This document shows, piece by piece, positions 51,961 to 64,000 of a stretch of DNA of 64,000 nt (position 1 is the stretch's first letter; each line of letters starts with the position of its first letter). Below the pieces are notes generated by a model. That model was not told where the DNA came from, searched no databases, and was given only the letters and a program-made list of their open reading frames with translations. The DNA is from Octopus vulgaris. Its lineage: Eukaryota. The stretch is taken from NCBI GenBank assembly GCA_951406725.2, contig OX597821.1, forward strand, positions 23,684,001-23,748,000, given 5' to 3'. A program made the position numbers and the translations under genes.

Positions 51961-53329
51961 TATATATATATCTATTTTTATCTTATTTCGCTTATGATTG
52001 TTCCCTATTTTCTCCCTTTCCTTTTTTCCTGTCTATCCCTTCCTAACTCCACCTGGGTTTTTACGTTTACATTCACCGTTATTTTTATTTTTATTTTTAT
52101 TCTTATTCTCAGTTTACTCTTTCAGTCCTATTTTATTTTTATTTTTTATTATTTTTTTACCTTTATTTTAGTCTTATCTTTATTTCCTCCTGTATTTTTA
52201 ATTTCTTAATATTTTTTAATATCTTAATCCTTTAATTCTCTAAGTTTTTGTTTACTTTATTGTTCCTTATTTATATTTTTGTTTTTGTTTTTATTTTATT
52301 TTTATTTTTCTCTAAGTTTACCGCATCTTTTAATTTTTATTTCCGCTATACCCTTACACATTATTAACTTGCTAATTATTTATTTATAAATGTTATATCA
52401 CCGTATTCGAGACAGACATTTAGAATATGTGGGGTTTTTTTTTTTTGCGTGTGTGCATGAATGAATCTTCGAACGTATAGGTGTGGACAATCTTCAGTCA
52501 AGAACCGGATCATCCTCGCAATTTCGATGTGTGTGTATATGTATATGTGTATTTGTTGATTGAGGATGACATGAACTGTATAATAACACCGACTTTCAGA
52601 CTATCACCAGACGCATTTATATATGTGAAAGTAGATAAGTATCTAGACACACACGTACATACAGACTTTGGACTTAGAGCATGTGGCTTAGGACTGCCAC
52701 TAAATGACCATTCGCCCACTACTATATCGCCCCCCCCCCCCAGATAATTAAAAATAATTTACGGCACCCACTACGGCATTAAAACTCTAACTCATCATCT
52801 CTAACTGCCATGTATTCTTCTGTATCTCTTTATTTTTATCTCACTTTATCTTTAAGTTCACCTTTTTATTTTTTTATTTTTTTATTTTTCGTTTTTACTT
52901 TTCACTTTTCATATTTTTTTTATTATTATTTTAAATTTTTTAATTTATTTTATCTTTTACCCTTTATTTCTTGTACCTTTTACACTTTCACAATACTTCT
53001 CTAGAATTAATGACCCTATACGTGACGTCCTTTGTATCTTTATATACTTATTTTTTTACAACTTTACTTTTTTTTTTATTATATTTTATATTTATTATCC
53101 TTTATAATTATCTTTAAATTTATATATATATTTTTTCTTTTTTGTGATCCCAACTTCATTAAAGTTTCACCCCCTTCCCCTCCTTTCCTCTTTCTCTCAA
53201 CATCCAATTCCTTCCCTTATATGAAGTAATCTACCCAGTATTCAATCTTTATCGAGTGAAGAAAAGGTATGGATGATTTGTTTTGGAGTCTCGCAATACC
53301 ATGTACGCCTATGAGGATTTACTTTCCCA

Positions 53330-53690
53330 ATTGTTGGCATCCTTTTTGTCTCGGGAGACAATGGGGTTGCGCATAAAGTAGTCTAGTCCGGCTTTTACAT
53401 TTCATGTCCTGATACATTTCCTGCTGTGGCTGTGTAGTCCTATCCTGGACAAACACTCCCTCTGGCAGGTACCGCAAATGTAGCGAAGACTGTTCCTGGC
53501 TGGTTGTAATGCCATAGTTTCTTGTTGACGTCTTTTCTTGTCTTTCCACCCTCTCTCTCTCTCTCTGTCACTCCTTTGTATTCTCTCCCTTACGGTACGT
53601 CGCCAGTCTCCACGGTTGCCGGCAACTGCCTCCCAACCGCTAATATTGATGTTGCTGGCCTTCATGTCCCTTTTGCAAACATCCATGAAA
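53330..53690 (-). pseudogene. RTE LINE 3' end (C-terminal Zn finger plus 3' UTR)
   Basis: DVCKRDMKA...WEAVAGNRGDWR...YICGTCQRECLSRIGLHSHSRKC*. Confidence 0.9.
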
Positions 53691-53905
53691 CTTTCCCAAT
53701 GAAACTCGGTTTTTTCTCAAACTCTTTCCCAAACCTGTTATAATGTGATACATGTCTTTGGTGTGGTAACTGTACGCGGCTGAAGAAGGTTCTTGATCTA
53801 TCTGTTATATCAATTATATATTGATATAAGAATAAGTTGTTCAATAAAGCCCGAAACATATGTATCGCAAAATCCTTTGCGTCCTGTTTTTCTTTTGATG
53901 CACAT

Positions 53906-53974
<69 letters not shown>

Positions 53975-54306
53975 CAGTATGTATGTATGTATGTATATAT
54001 ATATATCAGAAAATGAAGAAAATGGATAAAAATTTACGTACTGATGTTTTCATTTAAAGACATTCATATTCATACATAGAAACTCCCACTTCAGTTTAAA
54101 AGTCGCACTGCGTGCAAACATTTAAGCTAGCTCCTGCTGAGGGCTAATTGGGCCTGCAACCCAAAAACTAAAGAGAGCCATAATAATAGAGCATTTATTG
54201 GTACCCTACCAATATGGTCTTACTTTAAATACAGTTTAAATGAAAAACTTGTAACTTTGCAAATTTCTGGAGTTCTTTTAAAATTTGAATAGATGTGTTT
54301 AAAATT

Positions 54307-54337
<31 letters not shown>

Positions 54338-54414
54338 TTTTGTCCCTCACCATCGCTTGATAACTGGTGTTGCCCTGTTTACGTTCACGTAACTTAGCGG
54401 TTCACTAAAAGAGG

Positions 54415-54800
54415 CATTGTAAGCTACACCAATGCTAGAACGGGACGACACTGCATAGTGCCAAAGATCCCAGCAATGCCATCACGTTTTAGGACCAGCT
54501 TCTGCAACAGCCTGGGTTTCAAGGGCCCACAGCTTTTTAATATTCTCCCAAAGAGTCTGAGGAACTTGCACAAAGTAGATGTAGCAGTTTTTAAATCAAA
54601 GCTGGACATCTTCCTGTCGAGAGTCCCAGATGAACCTACCTCACGGCAAGAGGTACAAATGAGAGTAGCTATATCAAACTCCATTCTTCACCAAGTGCCA
54701 CATATTAGACGAGGTTCGTCGTAATAATAGTGTAGCACAAAACGGCGGTACATCAGCATGGCCGCAGCTCTGAGCTGAAACTAGAAAAAAAAAAATAAAG
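54415..54800 (+). pseudogene. CR1-group (Zenon-like) LINE 3' end with tail
   Basis: GPQLFNILPKSLRNL...FKSKLDIFLSRVPDEP...SNSILHQ*, then ggcggtacatcagcatggccgcagctctgagctgaaac plus A-rich tail; sits inside an old SINE A relic (54330-54920). Confidence 0.88.
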
Positions 54801-55196
54801 AAAAAAATAAAGAAGTACCATGCATAAAAAAGAAAGAACTGGTGTCGATTTGTTCGATTAAATTTCTTCGAAGCGGAGCCCCAGCGTGGCCGCAATCTGA
54901 TAACTGAAAAAGATGAAAGAACCACTAAATTCCTTAGTAAAACTTAAAGCTAAGTGAGATAACTCTTGTACCTCTCACGATCGCTTTACCTGCCAGAAAT
55001 AGCGACCCAAATGCTTTTAAATCAGATCCCAATGCTGGATGTTCAAGAATCAAATGAAAGACAGATTTCCAATCCTGTTATCGTCCTGATTCCAAAAAGG
55101 TATAATATGTCTATGTAGAGTAAATCTAGACTGAGATACAGGGTTCCTAGACGGACAGAATTTTGCTTTTATTAATACACAGACAGACACAGACAG

Positions 55197-55227
<31 letters not shown>

Positions 55228-55247
55228 GACACACACACAGACACACA

Positions 55248-55287
<40 letters not shown>

Positions 55288-55294
55288 CTAATCA

Positions 55295-55737
55295 CACACA
55301 GATTGTCGTTAGCCAGCTGGAGGAGATACCTTCTTGGGGCCTAAAAATAACAGTAACACCGTCCTCTATAGGACCGCCACATTTTGTTGGCAAATATATT
55401 TTACGATTCCGTACTGTTACTGTTTATTTCTCACCCAAAGGTTTAATATAACTTATCTCTCTCTTTACGAAATCAGAGACAGTGTGTCGCTTGAAAAATG
55501 ATAGCATTTTGCGAATGGAATGCGATTTTCATCACTAGTCGGTGATAAACACACACTAAAGACGGGTAACCATCTAGAAACCCGGGTCTGTGTGTGTCGT
55601 GTAAGGCTAGAGATGGGAGCGATGACCCTCCCTTGCAAATACTAATCGGACACAGACTGTGTGTCGTTGGCCAGCTGGAGATGTCTTCATGGGGCTAAAA
55701 ACAACAATAACACCGTCCTCTATCGGACTGCCACATA
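55295..55737. repeat. ~85-bp diverged direct repeats about 355 bp apart
   Basis: gtcgtt.gccagctggag...taacaccgtcctctat.ggac.gccacat at 55295-55382 and 55650-55737. Confidence 0.75.
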
Positions 55738-55759
55738 TATTGTATTTTATATATATAGT

Positions 55760-55962
55760 AAATCCAAAAAAAGAAGAACAAACACGAAAAAACAACAACG
55801 CGAGAACGTAGTACAGGTAAAGTATTAGCAGATGCTCAGGGAAGGAAAGAAAGATGGTTTAACCTTTCGAGCAGACGCTCTTCTTCGGAAACAGGAAAGT
55901 CCAATAGAAGAGAAGACGGAGGAAGAAAATAGTCAATGATTCACATGTGTTTACATTTTGAA

Positions 55963-55963
<1 letters not shown>
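55760..55963 (-). mobile_element. Penelope pLTR-like fragment with degenerate hammerhead
   Basis: Minus 55892-55857: GUUU-CCGAAGA-A-GAGC-gucu-GCUC-GAAA-GGUU-AAAC; related short fragment at 42725-42750. Confidence 0.55.
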
Positions 55964-56009
<46 letters not shown>

Positions 56010-56604
56010 CAGAGAGGGTGAGAGATAGAGAAAGACGGAGAAAAAAGAAAGAGAGAATGAGATACATTCATACGCACATACATATATACATATACTTGTG
56101 TATATAGATATGTATATGTGTATTGTGCGTATGTGTGTATTTATGCATATGCGTGTGTATGTATGTGTGTGAATTATAGATCAACAGTTTCATTGCCCTA
56201 TGCTATAAAACTTTTCTGTATATTTTTAACCAACGTTCTATGCACGAATGATGTAAACAACTCGTCTGTATAAACAATATTTTCAAGGACAGAAAAATAA
56301 GAAACAACTGGAATGGCTTCAGTACATGTGCTTGAATTTCATCAGTGACCATACACCCTGTTCAATGTCTTGTTATATAGATGATATTAATCCTGTTAAT
56401 GTAAAGTTTAATTTAATCCAATAATATCAATTCAATTTTTCTTTTTTGTGCAACAAAAAGTTACTAATCTGTGGCTCAACACTGAAAAATAACTATGGGA
56501 ATAGTTTGACATTTCAACTTTGAAAGCGATTGGAAACAAAAAATGTATTAAAAAATAAATTGATTAAAAGAAAAAAGGGAAAAAAAGTTAAAAGTATAAA
56601 TAAT

Positions 56605-56995
56605 TGGCTGTGTGGTAAGTAGCTTGCTAACCAACCACATGGTTCCGGGTTCAGTCCCACTGCGTGGCATCTTGGGCAAGTGTCTTCTGCTATAGCCCTG
56701 GGCCGACCAATGCCTTGCGAGTGGATTTGGTAGACGGAAACTGAAAAGAAGCCTGTCGTATATATGTATATATGTATGTATATGTATGTGTGTGTTTGTG
56801 TGTCTGTGTTTGTCCCCCTAGCATTGCTTGACAATCGATGCTGGTGTGTTTACGTCCCCGTTACTTAGCGGTTCGGCAAAAGAGACCGATAGAATAAGTA
56901 CTAGGCTTACAAAGAATAAGTCCCGGAGTCGATTTGCTCGACTATAGGCGGTGCAGCATGGCCGCAGTCAAAATGACTGAAACAAGTAAAAGAGA
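56605..56995 (+). mobile_element. SINE family A
   Basis: Matches consensus. Confidence 0.9.
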
Positions 56996-57340
56996 GAAAA
57001 GAATTATATTATCGAAAAATTTACCCAGAAATATCGGGTAAATTGCCTTTAAAAAGCGGGAAATTTTGTCAAGAAACAGACATAGGACTCGAACTCATCC
57101 CTCAAAAACTTCGGCTGAGTGCTTTGACAAATTTCGTTTGTTGATTAATTTTTGCGCTTTACAAAGGCTAATTTACTCAATATTTCTGGTGTTATAACGG
57201 CGTTTCTGCGTTCCAAAAAATCATCATCTTATTTGTATCATATATTTATAAGTGTGTGCGTGTGTGAGTATCGAAACTACGATGAGTTCTAATAGGCTGA
57301 TGGTAGGATATCTATGTCCGTTTAGATTAAAACTGTTGTT

Positions 57341-57626
57341 ACTCTCTTACTCTTTTACTCTTTTACTTGTTTCAGTCATTTGACTGCGGCCATGCTGGAG
57401 CACCGCCTTTAGTCGAGCAAATCGACCACGGGACTTATTCTTTTATAAGCCCAGTACCTCTTTTTGCCGAACCGCTAAGTAACCGGGACATAAGCACACC
57501 AGCATAGGTTGTTAAGCAATGCTAGGGGGACAAACACAGACACACAAACACACACACGCACATATACTCTTTTACTCTTTTACTTGTTTCAGTCATTTGA
57601 CTGCGGCCATGCTGGAGCACCGCCTT

Positions 57627-57671
<45 letters not shown>

Positions 57672-57836
57672 TACGACGGGCTTCTTTCAGTTTCCGTCTA
57701 CCAAATCCATTCACAAGGCTTTGGTCGGCCCGAGGCTATAGTAGAAGACACTTGCCCAAGGTGCCACGCAGTGGGACTGAACCTGGAACCATGTGGTTGG
57801 TAAACAAGCTACTTACCACACAGACACTCCTGCGCC
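57341..57836 (-). mobile_element. SINE family A with an extra tail fragment in the central microsatellite
   Basis: Second tail copy at 57565-57628. Confidence 0.88.
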
Positions 57837-58196
57837 ATCACTACTATGATGCTTTTTACAGTATCCGAGCCTCCTTTTTGGCTCGGTTTCCAGTATGTTC
57901 TTCATACTATTGATTGTATCCCCATTCGTACACATAGCGGGTTAGGGCTTATTTATGGTTTGATATGGGCCCAGTTTTATTCTATCTGTTTTTGCTTCAT
58001 TCTATGTTAAGGCTAATTAGGATGGCCTTATCTTTAATTAATTATTAGATATATTTCATGAAGAGGTTAGTGACGTTCGAATGACTGGGGTGGATATCGG
58101 CTAGTCATGGTGTTACGATGGACGAGTCGCGCGCACACACACACACACACACACACAAAGAGAGAGACGGAGAAAATGTGTGGCAGAGAGAGAGAG

Positions 58197-58243
<47 letters not shown>

Positions 58244-58319
58244 CAAACGAATAAGTCCTTTGTTAGTTTATGTTACCCGGTACGTTTAAAGTTTCTCATG
58301 AACATACAATATACTTACA

Positions 58320-58499
58320 TCATATATGCATACGCATACACATACACATGCACACATACATACATACATACATACATACATACATACGCATATACATACT
58401 TATGTACGTACGCACATACATATACACGTACATACATACGTACATACGTACATGCATAATAAATACATACATACATACATATATACATACATGCATACA

Positions 58500-58530
<31 letters not shown>

Positions 58531-59122
58531 GTACGTACGTACATACATATACACGTACATGCATACGTACATACGTACATATATCATACATACATACATA
58601 CATACATACATACATGCATACATTCATACATACATACATACATACATACGCATATACATACTTATGTACGTACGCACATACATATACACGTACATACATA
58701 CGTACATACGTACATGCATAATACATACATACATACATACATACATACATACATACATACATACATACATACATACGCATATACATACTTATGTACGTAC
58801 GCACATACATATACACGTACATACATACGTACATACGTACATGCATAATACATACATACATACATACATACATACATAGACACATACGTACGTAAGTATA
58901 TTCATACACACACTCAAACTCGCAAATTTAAATATTGCAAAGCCTATACTTCTGTCCTCCTGGTTCACGCTGTGTTGTACATGAATATATACGCGCGCGC
59001 GCGCGTGTGTGTACACATGTATATATGAATGTATGCCTACATATATGTGTATAGGTATTCATATGTACGCCCATGTATATGTATACATACATACATACAT
59101 ATATATATACATACACACATAC

Positions 59123-59209
<87 letters not shown>

Positions 59210-59309
59210 CATATATATATACATATATATACATATACATATACATATATATATATATATACATACATACATACATACAAACATGCATACATATATATGA
59301 GTGTGTGTG

Positions 59310-59346
<37 letters not shown>

Positions 59347-59350
59347 CATA
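58320..59350. repeat. (CATA)n/(TA)n field with higher-order repeats
   Basis: Repeated block cgcatatacatacttatgtacgtacgcacatacatatacacgtac at about 58387, 58649 and 58776. Confidence 0.92.
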
Positions 59351-59699
59351 TTTGACATCCATATATAATGAAAACAACTGCGTCAATAAACAACACGCCG
59401 CTTCCATCTCTGCCACTGCCGCCATCACGAACAACTACATGGAGGACGACAACATCGATGTAGCAAGATGATAATGGAATAAAATATGATGGGAAATGTT
59501 GAATAAGAGATTTATCTGGTGATAAAGAAATATAGCAGGGTAGGAGATGTAACAGTAGGAACAACAGAAACAACAACAATATCAATAATAACAGCAAAAA
59601 CACCAATAAGGACTGCAGCAAATGAAACAATAACGATATCAAGAACAACTTCAACCGCAAGGACAACAGCAAAAATATTAAAAACTTCAGCAAATTTTT

Positions 59700-60247
59700 T
59701 GGAAGAGGTTAAGTCGATTAGATCGACCCCAGCACTCAGTTGGTACTTATTTTATCGGCACTGAAAAGATGAAAGGCAAAGTCGACTCCGGCGGAATTTG
59801 AACTCAGATCGTGAAGACGGACGAAATACCTATTTCTTTACTACCCACAAGGGGCTAAACATAGAGGGGACAAACAAGGACAGACAAACGGATTAAGTCG
59901 ATTATATCGACCCCAGTGCGTAACTGGTACTTATTTAATCGACCCCGAAAGGATGAAAGGCAAAGTCGACCTCGACGGAATTTGAACTCAGAACGTAACG
60001 GCAGACGAAATACCTATTTCTTTATTACCCACAAGGGGCTAAACATAGAGGGGACAAACAAGGACAGACAAACGGATTAAGTCCATTATATCAACCCCAG
60101 TGCGTAACTGGTACTTATTTAATCGACCCCGAAAGGATGAAAGGCAAAGTCGACCTCGGCGGAATTTGAACTCAGAACGTAACGGCAGACGAAATACCGC
60201 TAAACATTTCGTCCGGCGTGCTAACGTTTCTGCCAACTCGCCGCCTT
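59700..60247 (-). mobile_element. SINE family C head-to-tail trimer
   Basis: ~183-bp unit repeated; head only at 60195-60247; third unit more diverged. Confidence 0.9.
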
Positions 60248-60389
60248 AGCAACAACAATAATAATAATAGCAGCAATAGCAGCGACTATGTGACCCAATG
60301 GTAGAGCCATTGTGTGGTCGCACCACCTGCTAGAAGAAATATATCTGTATCGATATCTGTGTGTGTGTGCGTGCGTGTGTGTGTGTGTT

Positions 60390-60445
<56 letters not shown>

Positions 60446-60448
<3 letters not shown>

Positions 60449-60782
60449 CTGCATGGCTCAGTGTTTAGAGCGTTAGGCTCACAATCATGAAGGAGTGAGT
60501 TTGATTCCCAGACCGAGCTATGTGTTGTGTTCTTGAGCAAGACACTTTATTTCATGTTGCTTCAGTTCACTCAGTTGTTAGATATGAATTGCGACATCAC
60601 TGGTGCCAAGTTGTCGGCCTTTGCTTTTCCCTTGGATAACATTGGTGGCGTGGAGAGAGGAGGCTGGTATGCATGAGCAACAGCCATAAAACAATCATGC
60701 CCGGACATGTACCTCGGAGGGGAACTCTTTAGATGCAATCTCATGGTCATTCATGACCGACGGGGGTCTTTACGCTTTACCC
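60446..60782 (+). mobile_element. SINE family D with a distinct tail
   Basis: tggctcagtgtttagagcg head, gtgttcttgagcaagacactttatttcatgttgct CORE-like domain. Confidence 0.75.
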
Positions 60783-60843
60783 TCTATAGATATTCTAATA
60801 CTTGGGAATAGCCGACTTTTACCAATTAGATACACGCACTACT

Positions 60844-60986
60844 AGGCGTAGGAGTGGCTGTGTGGTAAGTAGCTTGCTTACGAACCACATGGTTCCGGTT
60901 TCAGTCCCACTGCGTGGTACCTTGGGCAAGTATCTTCTCCTATAGTCTCGGGTCGACCAAAGCCTTAGAAGCCAGTTGTATATATG

Positions 60987-61022
<36 letters not shown>

Positions 61023-61255
61023 TGTATGTATGTGTGTTTGTGTGTCTGTGTTTGTCCCCCCAACACCGCTTGACAACCGATGGTGGGGTGTTTACGTCCC
61101 CGTAACTTGGTGGTTCGGCAAAAGAGACCGATAGAATAAGTACTAGGCTTACAGAGAATAAGTCCTGGGGTCGATTTGCTCGACTAAATTCGGTGCTCCA
61201 GCATGGCCGCAGTCAAAATGACAGAAACAAGTAAAAGAGTAAAGAGTAAAAGAGA
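60844..61255 (+). mobile_element. SINE family A
   Basis: Matches consensus with an internal deletion. Confidence 0.9.
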
Positions 61256-61257
61256 AT

Positions 61258-61905
<648 letters not shown>

Positions 61906-61924
61906 ATATATATATATATCCTTT

Positions 61925-62300
61925 ATATTTTACTTGTTTCAATCATTTTGATTGCGGCCATGCTGGAGCACCGCCTTTAATCGAGCAATTCGACCTCGGA
62001 ACTTATTCTTTTGTAAGACCAGTACTTATTCTATCGGTCTCTTTTGCCGAACCGCTAAGTAACGGGGACATAAACACACCAGCATCGGTTGTCAAGCAAT
62101 GCTAGAGGGACAAACACACACACACACACGCATATATATACATATATACGACGGGCTTCTTTCAGTTTCCGTCTACCAAATCCACTCACAAGGCATTGGT
62201 CGGCCCGAGGCTATAGCAGAAGACACTTGGTGCCACGCAGTGGGACTGAACCCGGAACCATGTGGTTGGTTAGGAAGCTACTTACCACACATCCACTCCT
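61925..62300 (-). mobile_element. SINE family A, followed by an older copy (62305-63050) expanded by (CATA)n
   Basis: Matches consensus. Confidence 0.88.
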
Positions 62301-63070
62301 TTTATATTTTACTTGTTTCAATCCTTAGAGTCTGGCCATGCTGGGGCACCGCCTTGAGAAATTTTTAGTCGAACGAATCAACACCAGTACATATATTTAA
62401 AGCCTGGTACTTATCCTATCAGCTTCTTTGGCCGAGAGGATGAGTACGGGGACACAAGCACACCGAAACCAGTTGTTAAGCGGTAACGGGGAACAAAGAC
62501 ACAAAGACGCGCGCGCGTATACAAACACGCACGCACACACGCGCATACATACATACATACATGCATACATACATACATACATACATACATACATAAATAT
62601 ATACACATACATACATACATACATACATACATACATACATACATACACACACATACATACATACATACATACATACATGATACATACATACATACACACA
62701 TACATACATACATACATACATACATACATACATACATACATACATACATGATACATACATACATACATACATACATACATAAATATATACACATACATAC
62801 ATACATAAATATATACATAATATATACACATACATACATACATACATACATACATACATACATACATACATACATACATACATACATACATACATACATA
62901 CGGTAGGCTTCTTTCAGTTTCCGTCTATTAAATCCGCTTACAGAGCTTTGGTCGGTTTGAGGTTATAAATGAAAACACTTGTCCAAGGTGTCATGCAATG
63001 AGACTGAACTCAGAACGATGTAGTTAAGAAGGAAATTTCTTACCACACATCTACGCATATATATTATATA

Positions 63071-63460
63071 TGGAGTGGCTGTGTGGTAAGTAGCTTGCTA
63101 ACCAACCACATCGTTCCGGGTTCAGTCCCACTGCGTGGCATCTTGGGCAAGTGTCTTCTGCTTTAGCCCCGGGCCGACCCATGCCTTGTGAGTGGATTTG
63201 GTAGACGGAAACTGAAAGAAGCCTGTCGTATATGTATATATATATATATGTTTGTGTGTCGGTGTTTGTTCCCCTTGGAGTGATTGACAACCGATGCTGG
63301 TGTGTTTGCGTCCCCGTCTCTTAGCAGTTCGGCAAGGGAGACCGATAGAATAAGTACTGGGCTTACAAAGAATAAGTCCCGGGGTCGATTTGCTCGACTA
63401 AAGGTGGTGCTCCAGCATGGCCGCAGTCAAATGACTGAAACAAGTAAAAGAGTAAAGAGT
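63071..63460 (+). mobile_element. SINE family A
   Basis: Matches consensus. Confidence 0.9.
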
Positions 63461-63654
63461 ATATATATGTTTTTGTCTTTATGTTTTCGTTTCTCATTGT
63501 GTTCAACGTTTTTTCTTTTTATGTCCTGTACCCATATATGCATGTATATATACATGTAGATGTAGGTATGTACATATATGTATGTAAAGATGCATGTATT
63601 TATATATTATTTATATTGTTATATGATCGAACGCCACGCATCCTTTTCCAAGTA

Positions 63655-63709
<55 letters not shown>

Positions 63710-63839
63710 TACCCACGTATGCATGTATATATACGTATAGATGTATGTACATATACGTATGTATATATGCATATATATATATATATATTATTTATATTAT
63801 TATATGATTGAACGCCACACATAATCTTCCAAGGTATAA

Positions 63840-63876
<37 letters not shown>

Positions 63877-64000
63877 GATATGCATATTAAAAGGGGTCCG
63901 TGGGAAAACGGATTGGACTGGGAACCACTGTTGGGAACCAGTGTGAAAAGGCTGAGAACTACAACACTAAACCCTTCAACATGGCTGCCATTCAATGACT

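Noticed and set aside
54130-54165. Hammerhead-like ctgctgagggc...ggcctgcaac (also 38125-38135 minus and about 46305)
   Set aside because: Multiple core mismatches and no stem III or cleavage triplet
63890-63942. hAT-like terminus ggggtccgtgg...gggaaccactg
   Set aside because: No matching left TIR or TSD found in the window

Overview
Eukaryotic, AT-rich, repeat-saturated non-coding DNA. The tRNA-derived SINE families and the extreme (TA)n/(CA)n/(TATG)n load resemble an Octopus (coleoid cephalopod) genome; this is inference from remembered repeat families, not a database result. No host exon, tRNA or rRNA gene can be supported, and nearly all ORFs in the track are microsatellite or SINE translations. 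Contents: (1) dozens of SINE copies in at least four families, labelled A-D here; (2) decayed autonomous TEs: DD41D Tc1/mariner, a Tigger/pogo carrying nested insertions, mariner, RTE and CR1 LINEs, and a Neptune-type Penelope-like element; (3) MITEs (hAT-Charlie, mariner, Merlin-like, piggyBac-like) and Helitron pieces. The most notable signal, read by eye, is a set of self-cleaving ribozyme motifs. These are two intact type I hammerheads in a 536-bp tandem repeat (retrozyme-like), a rod-like ~310-nt hammerhead element, two inverted-repeat elements with a hammerhead on each strand, U4C-variant hammerheads, and an HDV-like fold at the 5' end of a non-coding element. Also notable are a TSD-flanked ORF1-only (HAL1-like) retroelement inserted in the tRNA head of a SINE, and a CR1 3' tail shared with the dominant SINE. 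Coordinates were counted manually, boundaries are approximate, and no folding or homology search was run.
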